Source: a virus
Taxonomy: Duplodnaviria > Heunggongvirae > Uroviricota > Caudoviricetes
Length of the DNA stretch: 64,000 nt
Virus record (IMG/VR): IMGVR_UViG_3300028048_000043
Strand: one strand, 5' to 3'
Shown: one piece after another, positions 28,578 to 37,622 of the stretch
How the letters are laid out: each line of letters starts with the position of its first letter
Numbering within the stretch: position 1 is the first letter of the stretch
Program-made: the position numbers and the translations under genes
Notes under the pieces: generated by a model
Database searches by the model: none
What the model saw: the letters and a program-made list of their open reading frames with translations, nothing else
What the model was told of the DNA's origin: nothing

Positions 28578-29381
28578 ATGATTAATCTTGAGAAACAATT
28601 GCAGAACTATAGTGACAGCATATCGGAGAAACTCCAGTATGCTGCCACAAATAGGTATGTGCGCGGAAGAGTTTCAAAAAAATCTCTTGATGAGCTGTCA
28701 AATTTAATCGAATCGTTCTCAGTTTTATCAGCCGGAAGCAAAAACAACGAATTTGTTGCAGAGTCAAAAGTTTATTTCGATATTCTTGAAAAGTTTGCAA
28801 ATGAATTTTCTTATGCTAAAAAATTGAACGAGTATTTTGAAAATCCGTTTGATTCTTTTGATGATGAACCCGTAGAAACGAAGAAACAAGAAAAAATCGT
28901 TGACAAGAAACCAGAAGGTATTCAGTTCAAGAGAATAAACGTGTGGAATTCTGATGTTCAAGATAAAGTGATGTTTTCTGGCGGAAAGATGCTGGCTTGT
29001 AAATTTTTCAAAGCCGGAGATGTTATAGAGAGATGCCCCGTTAAATTGATAAAAAGAACGGATCTTTATTATGACATGATAAACAGATTCGCCATACCTA
29101 TTGATAAAAATAGAAATCTATACGGATTCCCTTATGGAAATGCGGTTCTTTATAGAGTTGACAAACAATCTGGTCTTGACGGGAACGCCGAATATGAATT
29201 TATCGAGAATGGTGGCGAACCATATATACGAATAGTTGCTACAAAAACAATAAAGAAAGGAAACGAAATAATTCTTTGTTCCGATTCTCTTGACTTCGAA
29301 AACGAAATCAAAGATAACCAATTTAAATATCAAAGAGGACCCGAACCGTTTTATGCCGTTAAAAACTTTAAAATTGTTTAA
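28578..29381 (+). CDS. protein with C-terminal degenerate SET-domain-like fold
   Basis: GGKMLACKFFKAGDVIERCPV...PYGNAVLY...GNAEYEF...IRIVATKTIKKGNEIIL follows the SET pattern G.G.FA...I.kGe.Ie.cPv...G...lyNHs..pNa.y...i.i.A.rdI..GeEit; NHS and the terminal Tyr are not conserved. Confidence 0.65.
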   Translation: MINLEKQLQNYSDSISEKLQYAATNRYVRGRVSKKSLDELSNLIESFSVLSAGSKNNEFVAESKVYFDILEKFANEFSYAKKLNEYFENPFDSFDDEPVETKKQEKIVDKKPEGIQFKRINVWNSDVQDKVMFSGGKMLACKFFKAGDVIERCPVKLIKRTDLYYDMINRFAIPIDKNRNLYGFPYGNAVLYRVDKQSGLDGNAEYEFIENGGEPYIRIVATKTIKKGNEIILCSDSLDFENEIKDNQFKYQRGPEPFYAVKNFKIV

Positions 29382-29389
29382 CACAAACA

Positions 29390-29413
29390 AAAATAAATAA
29401 TAAAAGTAAAATT
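29390..29413 (+). promoter_or_regulatory. putative late promoter/leader, 24-bp element identical to 42446-42469
   Basis: aaaataaataataaaagtaaaatt occurs identically at both positions and contains ATAAATA. Confidence 0.7.
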
Positions 29414-29423
29414 ATCAAATAAC

Positions 29424-29909
29424 ATGAAGTCATTTGATTCTGTATACGGAAAAAAGAGAAATATAGCTATAAACGAGCATAAAACTGCGGTTGATAGAGA
29501 TCATTCTACTATCGTTGCAGCCGTAAAGAAAGAATTCGGTATTAACGATTTCAGGACTCTAACAGAGGCTGAAAGAGAATCGTATCGTTCCATGATTAAC
29601 GAGATGTGGAACCGTGAAGAAGGTTTGACAGAGAAAGGTGTAGCTTTTTTGAACGAAAGCAAAGACACTCTTACTGATAAATCGACCGACGAACAGATTG
29701 CTCGATTTATCAAGAAATCAATCAATCCTGTTGTAGACAGAGTTCTACAGGATATCGTGTTGAAGAAAGAATCAAAGATTGTCAAGGATACAAAAGCAGC
29801 TATAGATTCACAGATCGGTAGAAAATATAGCAATAAGGCATATCGCGAAGAAGTTGGAAAGCTTCTCATTGCTTTTGTCGGAAAGGCAATCAATTCTATA
29901 AAACTTTAA
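29424..29909 (+). CDS. hypothetical head-module protein (161 aa)
   Basis: ORF after a late-type promoter; AINE, LTEA, LNES motifs. Confidence 0.65.
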   Translation: MKSFDSVYGKKRNIAINEHKTAVDRDHSTIVAAVKKEFGINDFRTLTEAERESYRSMINEMWNREEGLTEKGVAFLNESKDTLTDKSTDEQIARFIKKSINPVVDRVLQDIVLKKESKIVKDTKAAIDSQIGRKYSNKAYREEVGKLLIAFVGKAINSIKL

Positions 29910-29929
29910 ACCATTCATTGTAATAAGAT

Positions 29930-30436
29930 ATGAAATTCAATAAAGACACATTTCTAAATGACATCACCGATAAGGTGCAGTCCGCTATTGACAAAAACCT
30001 TATTACACAGGAAGATGTTGAAAGCGGAGATCTCGACAGACTTCATGGTTTTATTCAGTATGAACTTCTTCAGTATATTGAAGACAGAAAGTTCGCCATC
30101 GACGTATTGAAGGATTTCAATTATGATGAAAAGACGCCTTGGGAGAATCTTCAGAATGAATACGGTGTTTTCCGCTCATTGATGGATATTGCGTTGGTAA
30201 ATCTATGGAAGTTCCTCCAGGCGGAAGGCTGCACAAAATATGAGTATTATAATCACGATAACAAGCAGACAGATCATATGCTCGACGCAATCCACGATAG
30301 AGAGGATATTCCTGATTATAATGAAGATCTTGACAACAGTGACGATAACAAGGAAAACGATTATGAAATCGGATTTAACGCGCCTGATGCAAAGAGTGGT
30401 GAAAGACCAAGACGTAAACTTCGCATTGCGAGATAA
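29930..30436 (+). CDS. hypothetical head-module protein (168 aa)
   Basis: ORF between head genes, acidic C-terminus. Confidence 0.65.
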   Translation: MKFNKDTFLNDITDKVQSAIDKNLITQEDVESGDLDRLHGFIQYELLQYIEDRKFAIDVLKDFNYDEKTPWENLQNEYGVFRSLMDIALVNLWKFLQAEGCTKYEYYNHDNKQTDHMLDAIHDREDIPDYNEDLDNSDDNKENDYEIGFNAPDAKSGERPRRKLRIAR

Positions 30437-30453
30437 AAATAAATTATTTTGAA

Positions 30454-32190
30454 ATGCCAAAGAATTTGATTATTAGAAGAAGTGCAAACAGTTCACTTAA
30501 GCTCAACGAGGGTTTAGGTGAACGCGGCGGTTATATTCTTGAAGGTATATTCGCTGAACTTGACACTCTCAATAGAAATAAAAGAATATATCCTAAGGAT
30601 GAATATCTGAAGCATCTTCAGTATCTAAGGGATGATTTGAAAAATGGAGAACCTATTCTTGGTGAATTGGATCATCCGGATGATAGATTTGAAGTTAAAT
30701 TGAAAGAAGCATCCCACAGAATTATAGATTTGTGGTATGATTCTAACGACAACACCGTTAAGGGTAAGATTGAGCTTCTTGATACTCCTAACGGTAAGAT
30801 TGCAAAATCTCTTGTCGACCAGGGTGTTCCTCTTCACATTTCATCAAGAGCTGCTGGTACAGTCGGCAGCGACAGTAAGGTTTCAATTCAGCAGATTTAC
30901 ACATATGACCTTGTTTGTAAACCGGGGTTCGCTGGTGCCGTTCTACATAGAGTGAACGAGTCTGCTGATAACAAGACCTATGATGAAACCGTTATGAAAT
31001 TTCTTGCTGAATCGGAGAAGAATGAAGCTGAACAGTCAGCTAAGAATTCAGCCGATAAATTCGGTCTTCTTAATGAAGAAGTTTCAGTTGTTGAGACATC
31101 AGCAGAAATCAATCTCCGTCAGAATGAGAAAAATCAGGACAACAATACAGATATGAATAAAGTAACTAACGAAAGCGAACTAGACGAGAAGAAAGTTTCC
31201 ATAGAAAAGGAAAAACAGGAACTCAAGTCCGTTTTTGAAAAAGACGATAAAGAAGGAAAGGATGAAGATGATTCATCTGATTCCGGAGACGAAGGTGATT
31301 CAAAAGGCGACGACGATAACGAAGACAAAGGCGTAGAGATTCTTGATGTTAAAGCCGTTACAACTGACGATGAAGATAAGGAGAAAGATAAGGACGACGT
31401 TGAAATAAAAGACGTTGAAGGGAAGACATCCGATGACGGAGAAAAGAACGATGATGAATCTTCAGAAGAATCATCTGACGACGAAGATAAGGAAAACGAA
31501 GAGAGCAACGAAGCCAAAACTGACGAATGTGGAGATGCCGCATCAGAAGGTGATGGTGAAAACTGTGGTGACGCCGACAAGTGTGACACAAAGAACGCAC
31601 TCTTCGATTGTAAAGAGTTAAAGGATAAAAAAGAAAGTTTTTTGGACGACATCGACGATAGGATTGAAGAACTAAAAAGAAAGTCCGAATCCTCAAAGAA
31701 GAACGAGTCCGAGACAATATCAAAGTATCCAGGTTCAGCATTACTCAGTAAGGAGAATTTCAAGGAATTCGCAAGCTTGACCGAGGCACAAAAAAGAAAC
31801 GTGGCTGACTACTTAGCGGACAACAGAATTAACACCCCTGAAGCTATTAACGAAAACTGGAAATCAGGAATAGAATATAAAAAGGTAACTGAAGCCTGGC
31901 TTGAGCATGCACCTGCCGACTATAAGAGACTTTTTGAATCTGCACCTGAGAGCGTAAAGGATTCAATCAGAAAGACAGCATCATTCTGCCTCTTTGAGAA
32001 CCAGAGAGATGTCAACAGATTCTGGGAGAATACTGGTCTCGTTGAAGCACAGCAAAGGAAAATGCTTAATGAGAATTTTATTAACAATCTGCCAAAAATC
32101 AACGAAAGTGTAAGTGTAAAAGAGGAGCTACCATACTCCAAAGGTTTCATCCAAATGATCGCTGATATGGCATCTGAGTACAACAAATAA
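30454..32190 (+). CDS. prohead core protease (T4 gp21-like) fused to an acidic scaffold-like region
   Basis: LEGIF..DTLNRNKRIYP, LGELDHP (catalytic His), ISSRAAG (catalytic Ser), TYDLVCKPGF; followed by ~400 aa acidic and helical region; directly upstream of the capsid gene. Confidence 0.92.
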   Translation: MPKNLIIRRSANSSLKLNEGLGERGGYILEGIFAELDTLNRNKRIYPKDEYLKHLQYLRDDLKNGEPILGELDHPDDRFEVKLKEASHRIIDLWYDSNDNTVKGKIELLDTPNGKIAKSLVDQGVPLHISSRAAGTVGSDSKVSIQQIYTYDLVCKPGFAGAVLHRVNESADNKTYDETVMKFLAESEKNEAEQSAKNSADKFGLLNEEVSVVETSAEINLRQNEKNQDNNTDMNKVTNESELDEKKVSIEKEKQELKSVFEKDDKEGKDEDDSSDSGDEGDSKGDDDNEDKGVEILDVKAVTTDDEDKEKDKDDVEIKDVEGKTSDDGEKNDDESSEESSDDEDKENEESNEAKTDECGDAASEGDGENCGDADKCDTKNALFDCKELKDKKESFLDDIDDRIEELKRKSESSKKNESETISKYPGSALLSKENFKEFASLTEAQKRNVADYLADNRINTPEAINENWKSGIEYKKVTEAWLEHAPADYKRLFESAPESVKDSIRKTASFCLFENQRDVNRFWENTGLVEAQQRKMLNENFINNLPKINESVSVKEELPYSKGFIQMIADMASEYNK

Positions 32191-32274
32191 TAAAACGAAT
32201 TTAAACAAAAAACACGTGCTCAGCGTATTCTAATGCGGTTTTTTCAAATTTTAATTTTTTTGAAATAATAAAAA

Positions 32275-32281
32275 ATAAATA
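32275..32281 (+). promoter_or_regulatory. putative late promoter ATAAATA for the major capsid gene
   Basis: ATAAATA ~57 nt upstream of ATG 32338. Confidence 0.55.
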
Positions 32282-32337
32282 ATTTGAAAAGATTTCATAA
32301 AGAATTCGAAAACAAAAACAAAACATTTCAAATTAAA

Positions 32338-34116
32338 ATGGCAAAGAATAAAAACAACATCGCTATGATCGTTGAAGCTTGGGGTCCAGCTGTAAAGCAG
32401 ATCACAAACAACGCTGTTAACGAACAGAGCTCAAGATTTGAATGGCTTTGCGAGTATGCACACAATCACGCAATGGCTATCAATGAAGAGGCTGCTGGTG
32501 GAGCTACGTTCCCATTCAGTACTCTTTACAACACAAACGGTATCGGCAACGCAGTTCCTGCATCACAGGCTGGTCAGACCGCAGTCGATCAGGCATCATC
32601 TGCATCTATCGGTTCAGGTGACAAGTGGCCTGCTCTTCTCCCTATGGCTCTCCAGGTTGCTGCAAGAACAGTAGGTTTCGACCTCGTTAACACTTTCCCT
32701 CTCCAGGGACCTACAGGTGTTATCCCATTCCTTGACTATGTTTACGCTGGTTCAAAGGACACTTATGGTGCAACTCCTTCTTACAGCCCTGCAACCGCTA
32801 ACCCTAAGATCGGAACAAAGCTTGGTTCAGAAGTAGATCCTGCTTACGCACTCTACGAGGCTCCTCACGCTTTCCGTTGCAAGATCGCTGGCGACGCATC
32901 CGCAAAGGCTGCTGCTTACGAAGCTCTCAATGCTACTCGTGACGCAAGTGTTTCACAGTTCGCACTTGACGCATCCGGTCTTCTAGTTGTAGAATACATC
33001 GGTGCTAGCCGTATTTCTGCTGATCCTATGTTCAAGGTTTGCGCTCAGTCAAAGAACGTTTCTCTCGGACAGGTATTCTCAGCTGATGGTACTCTCGCAG
33101 TAACAGTTGGTGGTGCAAGCTTTACTCTCGCTCGCCCTCGCCTTATCTCTGCTCTTGAAGACCAGGTTCTTGGTTTCACTGGCGCAGGTAAGTACGATTC
33201 AGACAAGTGGAGCGGCACATTCCACGATGATCAGCACCTCTATGAACCTATGGACAGAGCTACTGGTGAGATGCAGTATCCTCGTCAGATGTCTCTCCGT
33301 GTATTCACGAAGTTCGTCCAGGTTGGAACACAGAGCGTATCTGTTTCTGTAACTCAGGAGCAGGTTCAGGATCTCCAGAAGCAGTGGGGTATCGACGTTG
33401 TGAAACTTGTTGAGACCGCCGGTATCAATGAGCTCTCACAGAGCATGAACAAACACATCCTCAGCCGTCTCTTCGCGCTCGGTTGGAGAAACCACTTCGA
33501 GGCTTACGAGTCTGAAGGAATCAACCTTAACCTCTCACTCACAGGTGTTGCTGGTACAAAGACCTGCGCTACCTACTTCGAGGATGAGTCTAAGGAAGTT
33601 CTCGCAACAATGGATGTTCCTGCAATCGTTAAGTATGGTGATTTCGAGAACTCTGACACAGTGTTCAAGAAAGTTGCTACCCTTATCCTTGCAGCTGGCA
33701 ACCTCATCATGAATCGTGGTCGTAGAGGTCCTGGTACCTTCGTGGTTACTAACTGGAAGATCGCAAGCATCCTTCAGAGCAACTCACAGTACGCTATCAG
33801 CCCTATCGCCAACACATTGAGCCAGAACAACGGCAACCTCTATCCTGCTGGAAACATTGCTGGTATGACTCTCTATGTTGATCCATTGATGAGAACAGAT
33901 GACACCAGAGTCCTCGTTGGACGTAAGGGTGGTAAGGAAGAGCCAGGCGTGGTCTTCGCACCATATATCATGGCTGAATCCGTTCGCCTCATCGCTGAGC
34001 AGACAGCTGCTCCTAAGGTGGTCATCAAGACACGTTATGCTCTTATCGACCTCGGTTGGTATCCTCAGCTTAACTACGTCACATTGTTCATCAAGACACC
34101 TGACGGAATCGTTTAA
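32338..34116 (+). CDS. major capsid protein (T4 gp23-like)
   Basis: PLQGPTGVIPFLDYVY, SVTQEQVQDLQKQWGIDV, FAPYIM, KTRYAL gp23-type motifs; strong high-expression codon bias. ATG 32338 preferred over TTG 32284. Confidence 0.93.
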   Translation: MAKNKNNIAMIVEAWGPAVKQITNNAVNEQSSRFEWLCEYAHNHAMAINEEAAGGATFPFSTLYNTNGIGNAVPASQAGQTAVDQASSASIGSGDKWPALLPMALQVAARTVGFDLVNTFPLQGPTGVIPFLDYVYAGSKDTYGATPSYSPATANPKIGTKLGSEVDPAYALYEAPHAFRCKIAGDASAKAAAYEALNATRDASVSQFALDASGLLVVEYIGASRISADPMFKVCAQSKNVSLGQVFSADGTLAVTVGGASFTLARPRLISALEDQVLGFTGAGKYDSDKWSGTFHDDQHLYEPMDRATGEMQYPRQMSLRVFTKFVQVGTQSVSVSVTQEQVQDLQKQWGIDVVKLVETAGINELSQSMNKHILSRLFALGWRNHFEAYESEGINLNLSLTGVAGTKTCATYFEDESKEVLATMDVPAIVKYGDFENSDTVFKKVATLILAAGNLIMNRGRRGPGTFVVTNWKIASILQSNSQYAISPIANTLSQNNGNLYPAGNIAGMTLYVDPLMRTDDTRVLVGRKGGKEEPGVVFAPYIMAESVRLIAEQTAAPKVVIKTRYALIDLGWYPQLNYVTLFIKTPDGIV

Positions 34117-34140
34117 TCAACGAACGAACATAGCAAAGAT

Positions 34141-34173
34141 AAAGGAGACGTTTAGAACGCCTCCTTTTCTTTT
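34141..34173 (+). terminator. intrinsic terminator after the capsid gene
   Basis: aaaggagacgtt-tag-aacgcctcctttt followed by a T-run. Confidence 0.7.
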
Positions 34174-34187
34174 TGTGGCATTTTCAG

Positions 34188-34197
34188 TATATTTGCA
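34188..34197 (+). promoter_or_regulatory. Bacteroidota-type -7 promoter element; a second copy TACATTTGC lies at 34313-34321
   Basis: cagTATATTTGCaaaa and acTACATTTGC. Confidence 0.65.
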
Positions 34198-34344
34198 AAA
34201 ATATATAAAGGGCATGAAAGATTCTGGAGACACTTTCAGCATAAGATTGAAAAAGTTCAACGTGTTGGATTTATCATAATTTTTTTTTTTTGGATTTTTC
34301 AAAAATTATCACTACATTTGCTTTGTATTTAAATTTTATAGAAT

Positions 34345-34776
34345 ATGAAAGCAATTAAAACTTTGTGTCTCGGACGAGAAAAGGTAAAGGTTTATTTCAA
34401 AAATTTCGAGTATTTCCAGCCGAATATTCATAAGTGCGGGGATTGTCACATTAGGTGTATATGCGCCGCAACAGGAAAATCTTGGTTGGAGGTTTTTGAT
34501 GGAATGGTTGAGTCTGCCAGAAGGAATCAGTGGAACCTTGGATTGACAGAGAACATTACAGATTATCTTTCGTCTCTTGGTTTCGAATGGCATGCCGTCA
34601 AACCAAAACGAGGGGAATCCCGTCCGACAGTTGCCGAGTTTGCCGAACAACACAAAAATGACGCATATGTTATGCGAGTGTCTAATCATGTTGTAGGCGG
34701 AACGAACGGAAAATACGCAGACATTTGGGATTGCGGATACAAATCACTCTATGGTTATTGGATTAAAAAAGGATAG
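34345..34776 (+). CDS. hypothetical protein, possible papain-like/C39-type Cys-His-Asp fold
   Basis: CGDCHIRCIC...SNHVVG...ADIWDCG; the order of C, H and D is compatible with a triad. Fold call tentative. Confidence 0.4.
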   Translation: MKAIKTLCLGREKVKVYFKNFEYFQPNIHKCGDCHIRCICAATGKSWLEVFDGMVESARRNQWNLGLTENITDYLSSLGFEWHAVKPKRGESRPTVAEFAEQHKNDAYVMRVSNHVVGGTNGKYADIWDCGYKSLYGYWIKKG

Positions 34777-34778
34777 TT

Positions 34779-35141
34779 ATGACAGATTGTTGGCTTGACA
34801 TATATGGGAATGTTTATCCGGTTGAGAGAATGGGAGGTCATGAAGATGTTTCTATGGAAATTCTGCGTGATGAGTTTCCGATGGAAAACCACACCACCCC
34901 TATGCAAACCGGTCCTCTCAGAGTAGAACTATGGGAAGAAAGAGGATTCCGAACATGTTTTACTGAAACACTTGAACGCAGAGGTTGGGTTCGATTTACG
35001 ACAACTATGAATAAGTGGAGCTGTGAACACTCGATTGGATTCGAAGACCGATATCCTCGACCAACAAGTGCGCAGGTTGACAGGATGTTTGAATTGACAG
35101 GATTCAATTATGATGATCCTGAATCATATAGTAGGTTTTAA
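34779..35141 (+). CDS. hypothetical protein (120 aa)
   Basis: ORF starting 2 nt after the previous stop. Confidence 0.65.
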   Translation: MTDCWLDIYGNVYPVERMGGHEDVSMEILRDEFPMENHTTPMQTGPLRVELWEERGFRTCFTETLERRGWVRFTTTMNKWSCEHSIGFEDRYPRPTSAQVDRMFELTGFNYDDPESYSRF

Positions 35142-35154
35142 TTTTTTTTTTCAG

Positions 35155-35164
35155 TATATTTGCA
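35155..35164 (+). promoter_or_regulatory. Bacteroidota-type -7 promoter element preceded by T10
   Basis: ttttttttttcagTATATTTGCaaatATG; only 5 nt between TTTG and the start codon. Confidence 0.65.
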
Positions 35165-35167
35165 AAT

Positions 35168-35773
35168 ATGACACGAGAAGATTTCAACTTCATGTTCGAC
35201 GCCGAACTGTATAGCGAAATTAGAAAAACGGCCGCCTTTCTCCATGAATCTGTTAACCAGATGTATGGAGATAATCCTTATGTTTATCATCTCGATAATG
35301 TTGCTGAGTTTGCCGTAAAGTTTGGGCATCTTGTGTGCGAGAGTAAAACAGATATAGCCAAAATTATATTTGGCGCTTATTTTCACGATGTAATAGAAGA
35401 TACAAGGCAAACATACAACGATGTTTTTAAGCTTGCTAAAAAAATATTTACATATGACGACGACGCAAAGCACGCCGCAGAGATTGTGTATGCTCTCACT
35501 AATGAAAAAGGAAGAAACCGAGCAGAAAGAGAGAATGACAAATATTTTGAAGGTCTCCGCGCTGTTAAGTTTGCATCATATGTAAAGATGTGTGATAGAC
35601 TTGCGAATATAAACTATTCGAAAACCGAAGGTGAGGAAAGGATGTTCAAATGCTATAAGAAGGAGTCTCCGGATTTTCTAAGACGAATTCTTTACAGAAC
35701 TCCAGAAAACGAGATTCCGCAGGAGATGCTTGATTTCATGCAGGAATTGCTAAACGATAACAAAGCTCAATGA
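35168..35773 (+). CDS. HD-domain hydrolase, RelA/SpoT (small alarmone hydrolase/Mesh1)-like
   Basis: Y.DNPYVYHL..VA, YFHDVIEDT (HDxxED), ALT, VKMCDRLAN (KxxDRxxN). Confidence 0.85.
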   Translation: MTREDFNFMFDAELYSEIRKTAAFLHESVNQMYGDNPYVYHLDNVAEFAVKFGHLVCESKTDIAKIIFGAYFHDVIEDTRQTYNDVFKLAKKIFTYDDDAKHAAEIVYALTNEKGRNRAERENDKYFEGLRAVKFASYVKMCDRLANINYSKTEGEERMFKCYKKESPDFLRRILYRTPENEIPQEMLDFMQELLNDNKAQ

Positions 35774-36765
35774 TAAAAAGTGTAAGTTTTCCTAACGATG
35801 GTAAAGGGTATGTCTACGCACACCCTGATGAGCCTGTTCGTCCAAACAGAAGAGACCGCGAATTCTATGACAAAACTCCAGAAGAGTATAAGAAAGGACT
35901 GAACAAATATTACAAGGAGCATAAAAAGTGGGAAAAGGAAAAGGATAATTATGTGTGTCCTTGTGCTAAAAATCTTATCGGAAAAAAATTTGATTTTGAA
36001 GACCATAAAGTAAATGTCATTTTCGGTAGGAACGGATCCGGAAAATCCACAATTATTCGTCAGATAGGAGGAACGGCGCTTATAGAGAAATCAGGCTTCA
36101 CTTCGATCCACGAACCGATTGATTTTGGTTGGGGATCGGAGAAGAACGTAGAATATCTTGTAAATAAGTACAAAATGAATTCGTCATCCGTTGAGTGGGA
36201 TGGATCACCTGTTTATCTTTATAATCCAGATGTCTTGACAACGTTTGGCAGTCATTTTGGAGAAATGGCTAACACTCTTTTTAACGGGGACACTTCGTCA
36301 GAGATAACATATATATTTAGTAGCAGTATGGTATCCAGCGGTCAACGTTCGGCATTAATGTTGAACAGAATAATGGGTGTTTGTGAAATGGTTTCTTCGA
36401 TGAAGCAACTCGTATCCTATGCTCAGACACAGCTAGATAAAGGAAGAATGAATGATACATGGATGACCACCTATCGTTGTCAGCTGGATTATCTTAAGGG
36501 GTTTAGAAACTTTGATAAAGAAGGTCCGACGACACTCGTTTTTGATGAGATAGATAAAAGTCTAGATATCCCTACAGTAATATTCCTTTATACGGAATTC
36601 TTTCCTCGTTTGGTGAAGAAGTATGGAACTCAAGTAATACTTGTTTCTCATAATCCGTTAATTTTATCAAAAAACATCATCGAGCAGCCAGAATTCAATC
36701 TGATATCTGTTGATGATGAATATACGGCAAATGTAAGAAAAACATTAAACGGAATATCATTTTAA
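35770..36765 (+). CDS. ABC/SMC-superfamily ATPase (no coiled coil or membrane partner seen)
   Basis: Walker A GRNGSGKS, signature SSGQ, Walker B VFDEID, H-loop VSHN. Confidence 0.85.
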   Translation: MIKSVSFPNDGKGYVYAHPDEPVRPNRRDREFYDKTPEEYKKGLNKYYKEHKKWEKEKDNYVCPCAKNLIGKKFDFEDHKVNVIFGRNGSGKSTIIRQIGGTALIEKSGFTSIHEPIDFGWGSEKNVEYLVNKYKMNSSSVEWDGSPVYLYNPDVLTTFGSHFGEMANTLFNGDTSSEITYIFSSSMVSSGQRSALMLNRIMGVCEMVSSMKQLVSYAQTQLDKGRMNDTWMTTYRCQLDYLKGFRNFDKEGPTTLVFDEIDKSLDIPTVIFLYTEFFPRLVKKYGTQVILVSHNPLILSKNIIEQPEFNLISVDDEYTANVRKTLNGISF

Positions 36766-37622
36766 TGTCAGTTCATTATAAAACACCGTTAAGATATCCA
36801 GGAGGAAAAAGCAAGGTTGCGGGTCAGCTCGTTTCCTTGTTTCCTTCATTTTCTGAGTATAGAGAGCCTTTTCTTGGTGGAGGGTCCGTTTTTCTTGAAA
36901 CAAAGTCAATATATCCGGACAAAGTTTATAAGGTAAACGATCTGTATTATGATCTGTTTTGCTTCTGGAAAACAGTTCAGAAGCAAACTGAGCATTTGAT
37001 TTACAGGATAAAAGATATGTATCCAAGAAATAGCTGTGATAAAGATTACGGAAAAGCTTTGTATGAAGAATGCATTAAGGAATTGTCCGGGGACTGTTCT
37101 GAAATCGATCGCGCTGTGTATTTCTTTATTATCAATAGGATTACGTTTTCCGGAACATCTTTGAGCGGAGGATATTCCCAGGAGTCGTTTGAAAAAAGAT
37201 TCACGGAATCTTCAATAGAGCGTATACGATACTGTTCCTGGGCGTTTAGAAAAGGAAATGTTGATGTTTCCTGCGAAGATTATTCGGTGCTATTATCTGA
37301 GCCTGGCGACGATGTGTTCATATTTTTAGATCCTCCTTATTATTCTGCGACGGATTCCGCGTTGTATGGAAAGAACGGCGAACTTCATAAGGGATTTGAC
37401 CACGAGAGATTTAGGGAATGTGTTGGAAACTGTAAGCACAAATGGATGATTACATACGATGACTGCGAATATATCAGGGATTTGTATAAGGATTTCAATA
37501 TAAGACCTTTCGAATTTTCTTACGGAATGAGAAATGTTACAGAGGATGCAGATATGAAAGGTAAAGAATTGATAATAACAAATTACGATATAAAAGAACA
37601 AAAAGAAACAACATTATTTTAA
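36765..37622 (+). CDS. dam: DNA adenine methyltransferase (Dam/D12 class)
   Basis: PLRYPGGKS, EPFLGGGSV (SAM-binding), VNDL, FLDPPY (catalytic). Confidence 0.93.
   Translation: MSVHYKTPLRYPGGKSKVAGQLVSLFPSFSEYREPFLGGGSVFLETKSIYPDKVYKVNDLYYDLFCFWKTVQKQTEHLIYRIKDMYPRNSCDKDYGKALYEECIKELSGDCSEIDRAVYFFIINRITFSGTSLSGGYSQESFEKRFTESSIERIRYCSWAFRKGNVDVSCEDYSVLLSEPGDDVFIFLDPPYYSATDSALYGKNGELHKGFDHERFRECVGNCKHKWMITYDDCEYIRDLYKDFNIRPFEFSYGMRNVTEDADMKGKELIITNYDIKEQKETTLF

Noticed and set aside
31134-31763. Long Ser/Phe-rich minus-strand ORFs (also 42879-43466, 47529-48806, 19190-19674)
   Set aside because: They are antisense shadows of acidic, hydrophobic or Pro-rich plus-strand genes, and lack promoters or coherent motifs.
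32205-32245. Hairpin between protease and capsid genes
   Set aside because: Only a weak ~6-bp stem with a G-U pair; too little support to call a terminator.
32284-32337. TTG start for the capsid gene
   Set aside because: This A-rich stretch begins 2 nt after the ATAAATA box and looks like a leader; ATG 32338 has the usual AAAATG context.
36765-37622. Restriction-modification or defence system around dam
   Set aside because: No cognate endonuclease is adjacent; an orphan Dam next to the polymerase is typical anti-restriction equipment.
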